From positions 240,001 to 272,000 of the forward strand of contig NZ_BCZP01000008.1 in assembly GCF_001598795.1 (NCBI RefSeq): 32,000 nucleotides of DNA. Direction: 5' to 3'. This document shows, one piece after another, positions 18,562 through 26,638 of this stretch (position 1 is its first letter; each line of letters begins with the position of its first letter). The notes below the pieces were generated by a model that had not been told where the DNA came from, did not search any database, and was given only the letters and a program-made list of their open reading frames with translations. The position numbers and the translations under genes were made by a program. This DNA comes from Delftia acidovorans NBRC 14950. GTDB lineage: Bacteria; Pseudomonadota; Gammaproteobacteria; Burkholderiales; Burkholderiaceae_C.

Positions 18562-18574
18562 GGGCCTGGACGGT

Positions 18575-20917
18575 TTAGGCCGGCTGTGCCCGCTGGCCTG
18601 CCAGCGCAGCCTCTGGCGTGGCGTTCGGCGCGGCATTCAGTGCGGCGCGCACCACGTCGGGCGTGAAGGGCGCGGCGTAGAAGCGCCGGCCGGTGGCGTC
18701 GAACAGCGCATTGGCCAGCGCGGCCGGACCGGGGACCGAGGCCGATTCGCCTGCGCCCATGGGGGGCTCGTCCTGGCGCGGCATCAGCACCACTTCGATG
18801 GGGGGCAGGTCGCGGAAGCCGATGATGGGGTAGCTGCCCCATTCGCGGCTGGCCACGCCTTGCGCATTGAAGGCGACCTTCTCCATCAGGCTGCGGCTCA
18901 GGGTCTGGATGACGTTGCCGTGGATCTGGTGGCGCACGCCGTCGGGGTTGACCATCATTCCCGTGTCCTGGCCCACGACCAGGCGCCGCACGGTGATGCG
19001 GCCGCTGACGGGGTCCACGTCAATGTCGATGACCCAGGCGGCCCAGGCCGCGCCGAAGCCGGGAAAGCGGCTGTGGATGTAGCGCGCATAGGCCACGCCG
19101 CGCCCGTGCAGCAGACCGTCGGCGCCGGGGCGGCCCCGGCTTCCCGGCTGGTTTTGCTGCCAGCCCGCGTGGCGTGCCGTGGCCTCGATCAGCTCGACGG
19201 CGCGCGGGTCATCGAGGTGGCGAACACGGTAGTCCACGGGGTCGGCACCGGCCGCATGGGCCAGCTCGTCGATCATGCAATCGTGGGCAAAGGAATTGGG
19301 CAGGGCCGAGACGCCGCGCAACCAGGATGAGCGCACGATGGGCGCCATGTCATGGCAGGTGATGCGCTGGCTGGCATAGCGGTAGGGCGGCACGGCAGTG
19401 CGGTCGCCCATCTCCAGCGTGCGCGGCTCGCCCGGGATGCGGCCGGTGAGCAGCAGGGCCAGCAGCGGCGCGTCGTTGGAGGGGTAGCGCACGGCAAAGT
19501 CGTAGGCCAGCAGTTCTCCCTGGGCATCGATGGCCGCGCTCACGTCCATGAGCTGGGCCGTGCCCTTGGGCTCCCACTGGTGTTCCTGCTCGCGCGTGAG
19601 CTGTACGCGCACGGGCGCGCCCACGGCCATGGACAGCAGGGCGGCGTCGGCGCAGACATCGTCGGCGCAGTTGCGGCCGTAGCAGCCGGCCGCCTCCAGG
19701 CGCACGATCTCGATGCGGTCTTCCCCCAGTTGCAGCAGGCGGTCCAGGTCGGTGCGCAGCATGTGGGGGTTCTGCGTGCCGGCCCAGAGCTTGAGACGGC
19801 CCCCGCTGAAATCGGCCACGGCGCAGGACGGGCCGATGGAGGCATGCATCTGGTAGGGCCAGACGTAGCTGCGGCGCAGTTCGGTGGCCGCACCCGTGCC
19901 GACGCCCGCGAAGGCATCGTCCACAGTGCCCTGGTCCACCAGCGCACGGTGTTGGGCAGGATTGGCGCGGATGGCTGCGGCCAAGTTAGACAGATCGGGC
20001 GCCGGCGGAACGGCCTGCCATTGCACGCGCAGCGCGCGCATGGCGGCAATGGCCTGTTCCTCGCGGTCGGCGACCACGCCGACGAAGTCGCCCTCGGTGA
20101 CCACCTGCACGTTGCCGGGCAGGTGGGCCACGGAGTCGCGCTCCACGGCCACCAGGCAGCGGCCGATGAAATCGCCGCCGTCGCGGCCCGGGTGCGGCGG
20201 GCGGATGACGCGGCCATGGCGCATGCCGGGCACGCGCACATCATGGACAAAGCTCAGTTCGCCCGTGGCCTTGGCAGGGATGTCCACGCGCGCCGCGCCA
20301 CGGCCGACCAGCCGGTATTCGCTGGCGGGCTTGAGCTTCACTTCCTGATCGGGCGGGGCCAGCGTCAGCTGCAGTTGCTGGCCGCGCAACAGATCGCCAT
20401 AGCCGAGTTCGCGGGCATCGCTGCCATCGGCAAAGCGCACCAGGCCTTCGCGCGCCTGGAGCCGGTCTGCCGCCACGCTCCATTGCTGCGCGGCCAGCGC
20501 CAGCAACTGCTCGCGCGCCTGGGCGGCGGCGCGGCGCAGCGGCACGGCCGAGATCTGGATGCTGGCGCTGGCAATGGTCGGGCCCTGGTTGGGCGCGGCG
20601 GCCGTGTGGCCCAGCACCATGTCCAGGCGCGCCAAAGGCACTTCGAGCTCTTCCGCCACGATCTGCGCCAGGGCCGTGCGTATGCCCGTGCCCAGGTCCA
20701 CATGGCCGTTGAAGGCCAGGGCGCGCCAGCCCTGGGGCGCGGCTTCGTCGGCCAGCACGGCCACGAAGACCTCGGGCGTGGACTGCACATAGTCGGTGGC
20801 CGTGCCGGGCTGGCCGGGCGCAGGGCGCGGCGGCGCCACGGGCTGGCGCACCACGAGCAGGGTGTCGGCGCGCGTGAGCAGCTGTGCGTGCAGGGCTTGG
20901 GGCTGGGGCAGGTTCAT
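18575..20917 (-). CDS. Xanthine dehydrogenase-family molybdopterin-binding subunit (IorB/NicB-Mo-domain type); probable catalytic subunit of nicotinate hydroxylase
   Basis: 780 aa with GHVDLGTGIRTALAQIVAEEL...DMVLGHTAAAPNQGPTIASAS, AGTQNPHMLRTDL, VVGQDTGMMVNPDG and PPMGAGESASVPGPAALANA. The conserved Glu codon of the last block is at 18746-18748. It is the last gene of the minus-strand nic operon, 107 nt after nicF. Confidence 0.85.
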   Translation of the reverse strand: MNLPQPQALHAQLLTRADTLLVVRQPVAPPRPAPGQPGTATDYVQSTPEVFVAVLADEAAPQGWRALAFNGHVDLGTGIRTALAQIVAEELEVPLARLDMVLGHTAAAPNQGPTIASASIQISAVPLRRAAAQAREQLLALAAQQWSVAADRLQAREGLVRFADGSDARELGYGDLLRGQQLQLTLAPPDQEVKLKPASEYRLVGRGAARVDIPAKATGELSFVHDVRVPGMRHGRVIRPPHPGRDGGDFIGRCLVAVERDSVAHLPGNVQVVTEGDFVGVVADREEQAIAAMRALRVQWQAVPPAPDLSNLAAAIRANPAQHRALVDQGTVDDAFAGVGTGAATELRRSYVWPYQMHASIGPSCAVADFSGGRLKLWAGTQNPHMLRTDLDRLLQLGEDRIEIVRLEAAGCYGRNCADDVCADAALLSMAVGAPVRVQLTREQEHQWEPKGTAQLMDVSAAIDAQGELLAYDFAVRYPSNDAPLLALLLTGRIPGEPRTLEMGDRTAVPPYRYASQRITCHDMAPIVRSSWLRGVSALPNSFAHDCMIDELAHAAGADPVDYRVRHLDDPRAVELIEATARHAGWQQNQPGSRGRPGADGLLHGRGVAYARYIHSRFPGFGAAWAAWVIDIDVDPVSGRITVRRLVVGQDTGMMVNPDGVRHQIHGNVIQTLSRSLMEKVAFNAQGVASREWGSYPIIGFRDLPPIEVVLMPRQDEPPMGAGESASVPGPAALANALFDATGRRFYAAPFTPDVVRAALNAAPNATPEAALAGQRAQPA

Positions 20918-21024
20918 GGGGCGGTGTTCTTCGCGGGCACGCTTTCAGGCGTGCCCTGTGCATGTTATGCACTCCGGGGCCGGCTGCGCAGGGCCGGCCC
21001 CATAGGCGCGTTGGCGCGGTGGGA

Positions 21025-21714
21025 TCAACCTGCGGCGAGGGCGTCGGTGTCGGCGATGGCCTGGCTCAGCGGCATCACGGCCGCGTACTTCTGGGCCATG
21101 TCGAACAGGTTGGCCTCGTGCGGGCCCAGGGCGCGGTCGCCGCAGCAGTCGGCCACCACCAGCGGGCGAAAGCCCGACTGCATGGCATCGACCACGCTGG
21201 CGCGCACGCAGCCGCTGGTCACGCAGCCGGCCACCAGCAGGGTCTGCACGCCGCGCTGTGCCAGCCAGGGTGCGAGCATGGTGCCGAAGAAGGCCGAGGG
21301 CGTGCTCTTGCGCACCACGTATTCGCCAGCGGCCGGGGCCAGCTGGGGCACGATGGCGCTGTTGGGGCTGTCTTCCTTCAGGGTCAGCATGCCGGGCACC
21401 TTCAGGCAGAAGATGTTGTGGTCGGCATCGTCGTCCGAGAACACGATGCGGCTGTGCGCCACGGGCCAGCCGCGCTCGCGTGCATGGGCCAGCAGGTGCT
21501 GCGTCTGCGCGATGGCTTCGGGGATGTTGCCGCCGCCGAAGACGGCCGGGTCGGCAAAGCCGTTGACGAAGTCGATGATGAGCAGGCCGAACGGGGCCTT
21601 GAGCGGCAGCGGCGTGCCGAAGCCCTGGCGCGCGTAGGCAGAGATGTCGCCCTGCACGCCCTCGGTGGGAACGCTCTGCGCGCCGGGGGCCTGGCCGGTG
21701 GTTGTCGTGGTCAT
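21025..21714 (-). CDS. nicF: Maleamate amidohydrolase (isochorismatase fold)
   Basis: 229 aa from the internal ATG 21714. It shows the cysteine-hydrolase triad context (LLIIDFVNGF, VVRKSTPSAFF, VAGCVTSGCVRAS). GGAAAGGA lies upstream of the start, and there is an ATGA overlap with the nicX stop. The function is assigned from nic-cluster context. Confidence 0.82.
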   Translation of the reverse strand: MTTTTTGQAPGAQSVPTEGVQGDISAYARQGFGTPLPLKAPFGLLIIDFVNGFADPAVFGGGNIPEAIAQTQHLLAHARERGWPVAHSRIVFSDDDADHNIFCLKVPGMLTLKEDSPNSAIVPQLAPAAGEYVVRKSTPSAFFGTMLAPWLAQRGVQTLLVAGCVTSGCVRASVVDAMQSGFRPLVVADCCGDRALGPHEANLFDMAQKYAAVMPLSQAIADTDALAAG

Positions 21715-22796
21715 GCGATGTCCTTTCCTTGCTTGGACCTTTTGGCGGCGCGCGCCAGTCCTTCCTCGTCCTGCACCACGCCGTCGATGACCGTGGGCTT
21801 GCCGTCCAGCGCCACCGAGCAGTGGCGCATGGGGATGTCGATGTGGCAGGCCGTGGTGCGGCTGCCCCCGGCCTCGTTGTTGGGGCCCATGGACCACAGG
21901 AAGTTGCCCTCGAAGGCGCGGGCGTCCATGCCGATGTGGGTTTCCTTGTTGTAGTGGGCCAGCATGGACCAGTGGGCGCGCGGCTGCAGCCCCCAGCCGA
22001 TGTGGGAGACGGCGTAGGCCTCGGGGTCCTCGTAGGAGGTCATGTACTCCTTGAGGATGTCGGCCTGCAGGCCGCCGCTGATGCGCGTGACGTAGCCCTT
22101 TTCGATGACGAGTTCGATGGGCTCGGTCACGTAGTCCTTCATGGGCAGCAGGATGTCGCCCCGGTCCAGCACCACGCGGCCGTTGCTCTCGCCCTCGTCG
22201 GGCCAGGTCAGAACGAAGCCGCTGGGCCAGTGGTCCCAGCGGCCGGGCTGGTCCACGAAGCCGTATTCGCAGATGGCCGGGAAGCTGCCCAGGCGGCAGC
22301 GCAGGTCGGTGCCCGCGGCCGAGGTGATGTGCATATGCTCGGCCGCCTCGATCAGCTTGGATGCGGCCTGCACGCGCGCGCGGTCGCCCTCGGTGGGCAC
22401 CAGGCGGCACAGCACCTCGGGCGGCTCCACGGCCAGCAGGATCTTGGTGCCGGTCTGCAGGATCTCGTGCTGCTCGGGTGAGAACAGCAGGGTCATCAGG
22501 TCCAGCACCAGGTCGCTGGCCTTGAGCGCGGCGATGGCGGCGGGGTTACCGGTCAGCGGCGTCGTGCCCAGGTAGGCCAGCGAGTCGCGGCTCAGTGATT
22601 TTTCGGCGTTGACGGGCGGCAGGTCCAGGCGGTTGACGCGCGCACCCATTTCGCTGGAGGCGGCGATGGCGCAGCGTAGCGTCTGCGGGTGCGTGTCGGC
22701 GCCCGTGAGCACGGTGACGGTCTGGCCGGCTTCGAGCCGGGACAGCGTGAGCACCTGCTTCCAGGCGTGGATCAGATCGATATCGCTGACGGACAT
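21711..22796 (-). CDS. nicX: 2,5-dihydroxypyridine 5,6-dioxygenase
   Basis: 361 aa from the internal ATG 22796, with AAGGAG 6 nt upstream. It is an AmpS/aminopeptidase-like fold protein with VSHIGWG and ACHIDIP (His...His-x-Asp iron ligand pattern, as in P. putida NicX by memory). Confidence 0.85.
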   Translation of the reverse strand: MSVSDIDLIHAWKQVLTLSRLEAGQTVTVLTGADTHPQTLRCAIAASSEMGARVNRLDLPPVNAEKSLSRDSLAYLGTTPLTGNPAAIAALKASDLVLDLMTLLFSPEQHEILQTGTKILLAVEPPEVLCRLVPTEGDRARVQAASKLIEAAEHMHITSAAGTDLRCRLGSFPAICEYGFVDQPGRWDHWPSGFVLTWPDEGESNGRVVLDRGDILLPMKDYVTEPIELVIEKGYVTRISGGLQADILKEYMTSYEDPEAYAVSHIGWGLQPRAHWSMLAHYNKETHIGMDARAFEGNFLWSMGPNNEAGGSRTTACHIDIPMRHCSVALDGKPTVIDGVVQDEEGLARAAKRSKQGKDIA

Positions 22797-22846
22797 GGTC
22801 GGCTCCTTGGTGTCGCGATGGATGGGAGTGGGCTGCGGTTGGACAT

Positions 22847-23692
22847 TCAGTCCACCCGCGCGCCGAGGAATTCGCCCAGGGCCGAATAGAAGCCGGCCTC
22901 GTTGTCCCAGGGGATCATGTGGCCGGCGTTGGGCACGCGCACATGCTCGGTCTGGGGTGCCAGGCCTTGCCACTCGGCCACGTCCTCGCTGCGCACCACG
23001 TCACCGCGCTCGGCCGTGACCAGCAGCAGCGGGTGCTGGATGCGGGGCAGGTCGGCATGGATGTCGTCACGGCCGAAGTCCTCGAAGCTCTGCACGATGG
23101 CCGGCTCGTGGCAGGTGTGCAGCCACTGGGCGCGCAGCTGGCGCTGCTCTTCGGTCCAGGTGGGGCAGAAGGCGCGCATGGCCTCGGCATCCATGCCCAG
23201 CGTGGCCTGGCGGATGGAGTCCACATACCAGGGCAGGGCGGCCGGGTAGGCGCGGCGGCCGGGGCCGGAGACCGGCGGATCGACGATGACCAGGCGCGTG
23301 AGCCCCACCGGCTGGCTGCGTGCGGCGCGCACGGCAATGCGCCCGCCCATGGAGTGGCCGACCAGCGCCCAGCGCTGCAGGCCCAGGGCCTGGGCGAAGG
23401 CGGCCACGTCGGCGGCCTGGGCATCGAGGCTGTAGTCCAGGCCCGGGCCGGAGGACGACAGGCCGCGCCCGCGCACATCGAGCACATAGGTGTCGAACTG
23501 GCGGCCCAGGTGCTCGGCCACGAAGCCCCAAGTCACGGCCGGGCTGGTGATGCCGGGGATCAGGATGACGGCGTCGCGCTGCGCGCATTCGCCCTCGGCG
23601 CCGCCGTAGCGCAGGTAGTGCTGGCGGATGCCGTTGGCATGGACGTTGCCGCCGTAGCGGAATGTGCTGGGGGTGCTGGAGGTACTGGTCAT
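22847..23692 (-). CDS. nicD: N-formylmaleamate deformylase (alpha/beta hydrolase)
   Basis: 281-aa alpha/beta hydrolase with the nucleophile elbow VGHSMGG. The specific function is inferred from its position between nicE and nicX. Confidence 0.78.
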   Translation of the reverse strand: MTSTSSTPSTFRYGGNVHANGIRQHYLRYGGAEGECAQRDAVILIPGITSPAVTWGFVAEHLGRQFDTYVLDVRGRGLSSSGPGLDYSLDAQAADVAAFAQALGLQRWALVGHSMGGRIAVRAARSQPVGLTRLVIVDPPVSGPGRRAYPAALPWYVDSIRQATLGMDAEAMRAFCPTWTEEQRQLRAQWLHTCHEPAIVQSFEDFGRDDIHADLPRIQHPLLLVTAERGDVVRSEDVAEWQGLAPQTEHVRVPNAGHMIPWDNEAGFYSALGEFLGARVD

Positions 23693-23703
23693 GCGTGTGT
23701 TCC

Positions 23704-24492
23704 TCAGGCCTTGGCTGCGCTGGTGCCGGTGTCGTAGGGATAGGCGCCCGACAGCAGCGCGCCCGCGCCCGGCACCACGGGGTCCAGCCCCAGTTCCTTG
23801 AGGATGGCATAGGTGGTGGCGATGGAGGCGGTCAGCACGGGCTTGCCGGTCTGGGCCTCGACCTGGGCCACGGCCGGCAGCGAGGGCATCTGCACGCAGG
23901 CCGACAGCACGATCACGTCGGCGTCGGCGTAGTTCATGCCGGCCACGATGCCGGGCAGCTTGGCGGGGTCGTGGCGGCCCACGTCCAGGTTGTCGGGGAT
24001 CTCCAGCGCACGCCAGTCCACGATCTCGAAGCCTTCGGCGGCCACGTAGTCCATGACCAGCTGGGTCAGCGGAATCATGTAGGGCGCCACCAGGGCGATC
24101 TTCTTGGCGCCCATGACCTTGAGCGCTTCCACCAGCGCGCCGGCGCTGGTGATCACCGGGGCGGTGGCGCCATTGCTGGCCGTGCGCTCGGTCAGGCGCT
24201 GCTGCGAGACGCGGTGGTAGCCCTTGCCCATGGCCATGATGGCCACCAGGCAGGCATAGCCCAGCACGTCCACGCGCGCGTCGCTCAGCTCCAGCGCGCA
24301 GCGGTCGCTTTCGGCGTCCATGGCGGCCAGCTCCTCCTTCTGGACCTTCTTCATGCGCATGCGGCTGGAGTGGAAGGTGAAGCGGTCCTGCGGGCGCAGC
24401 GTGGAGTGGGCCTGCAGCATGGCCGGCACCTCGGTCTCCATGGTGGTGTTGGAGCTGGGGACGATCTGGCCGATGCGGAACGTTTTGGTCAT
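23704..24492 (-). CDS. nicE: Maleate cis-trans isomerase (Asp/Glu racemase superfamily)
   Basis: 262 aa from the internal ATG 24492 (MTKTFRIGQIVPSSNTTMETE). Two catalytic-Cys contexts are present (GYACLVAIM and VLSACVQMPS). The 314-aa track ORF is a 5' over-extension into the intergenic region. Confidence 0.88.
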   Translation of the reverse strand: MTKTFRIGQIVPSSNTTMETEVPAMLQAHSTLRPQDRFTFHSSRMRMKKVQKEELAAMDAESDRCALELSDARVDVLGYACLVAIMAMGKGYHRVSQQRLTERTASNGATAPVITSAGALVEALKVMGAKKIALVAPYMIPLTQLVMDYVAAEGFEIVDWRALEIPDNLDVGRHDPAKLPGIVAGMNYADADVIVLSACVQMPSLPAVAQVEAQTGKPVLTASIATTYAILKELGLDPVVPGAGALLSGAYPYDTGTSAAKA

Positions 24493-24558
24493 GGACTTGC
24501 CTTTGCGAAGTTTCGAGGGTTTCTGATCAGAATCAACTGAGTGTGTACGCTTTATTCT

Positions 24559-24574
24559 TGCAAAAGACGTGCCG
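24559..24574 (-). promoter_or_regulatory. Sigma54 (-24/-12) type promoter facing the nicE operon
   Basis: The minus strand reads CGGCACGTCTTTTGCA, against the consensus TGGCACG-N4-TTGCW. The GG to GC spacing is exact. The -12 element lies about 65 nt upstream of the nicE ATG. Confidence 0.5.
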
Positions 24575-24602
24575 CCTTGCAAATGAGAATTTTCTCGGGG
24601 TT

Positions 24603-24641
24603 TGTACTGATTTGGTGCAGAAATTGCACCAAAAATGGCGA
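24603..24641. promoter_or_regulatory. Palindromic candidate activator site (UAS) between the divergent nic promoters
   Basis: Perfect inverted repeat TTTGGTGCA-gaaat-TGCACCAAA (24611-24633). The arms contain the hexamers GGTGCA and TGCACC. Including the flanks it can be read as two adjacent NtrC-like sites: TGTACTgatttGGTGCA (24603-24619) and TGCACCaaaaaTGGCGA (24625-24641, weaker). Confidence 0.4.
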
Positions 24642-24713
24642 ACTTCAATTTATTCTGCCGCCCTATGGTGCATGCGTCGATTTGAAAAATTCAAGCGCAT
24701 ACACCTGAATTAA

Positions 24714-25973
<1,260 letters not shown>

Positions 25974-26080
25974 TACTCGCTGCCTTGCCGGACGAGGGGA
26001 GGGGAGGGAATCCCCCCCTCCTGTCCGGCCGCAGAACGCCGACATCCTGAACCGCAGCCAAGTTGCAAGAGCCTCGTCCC

Positions 26081-26638
26081 ATGGGAACCCCAGTCCATCC
26101 AAGCAGTACCCCCAGCCCCATCCGCCTGCAGGTCAATGCACGCGCATGCGAGGTGCCGGCAGCGCCCGGGACGGCGCTGCTGCATGTGCTGCGCAATGAC
26201 CTGGAGCTGAACGGGCCCAAGTACGGCTGCGGCCTGGGCGAATGCGGCGCCTGCACGGTGCTGATCGATGGCGTGGCCGCGCGTTCCTGCGTGATCCCCG
26301 TGCGGGCGGCCGTGGGCCGCGAGGTCACCACGCTGGAAGGCCTGGGCTCGCGCCAGTGCCCCGGCCCCACGCAGCAGGCCTTCATCGACTGCCAGGCGGC
26401 CCAGTGCGGCTACTGCCTCAACGGCATGATCATGACCGTGGAGGCCCTGCTGCGCCGCAACCCCAATCCCACCGAGCAGGAGCTGCGCAACGAGCTGCAC
26501 CACAACCTGTGCCGCTGCGGCACGCATGTGGAAATCATGCAGGCCGCTCTGCGCGCCGTGCAGCTGCGTGCGCAACGCGCCGCGCTGCAGGCGCCCTCCG
26601 GTTTTCCATCTTCCAGCGCGGGCGAGGTCCAGCCATGA
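26081..26638 (+). CDS. nicA: Nicotinate hydroxylase small subunit, two [2Fe-2S] clusters
   Basis: Contains GCGLGECGACTV (plant-type cluster) and CGYCLNGMIM...CRCGTH (second cluster). The track ORF starts at TTG 26063, and I prefer ATG 26081. The stop overlaps the next gene's ATG (ATGA). Confidence 0.86.
   Translation: MGTPVHPSSTPSPIRLQVNARACEVPAAPGTALLHVLRNDLELNGPKYGCGLGECGACTVLIDGVAARSCVIPVRAAVGREVTTLEGLGSRQCPGPTQQAFIDCQAAQCGYCLNGMIMTVEALLRRNPNPTEQELRNELHHNLCRCGTHVEIMQAALRAVQLRAQRAALQAPSGFPSSSAGEVQP

Noticed and set aside
24576-24583. A second copy of CTTGCAAA lies 19 nt from the first (24557-24564). I first read the pair as a direct-repeat operator.
   Set aside because: The first copy is better explained as the -12 TTGCA element of the minus-strand sigma54-type promoter. 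The second copy has no GG at the -24 distance. With only two 8-mers I cannot support a separate site.
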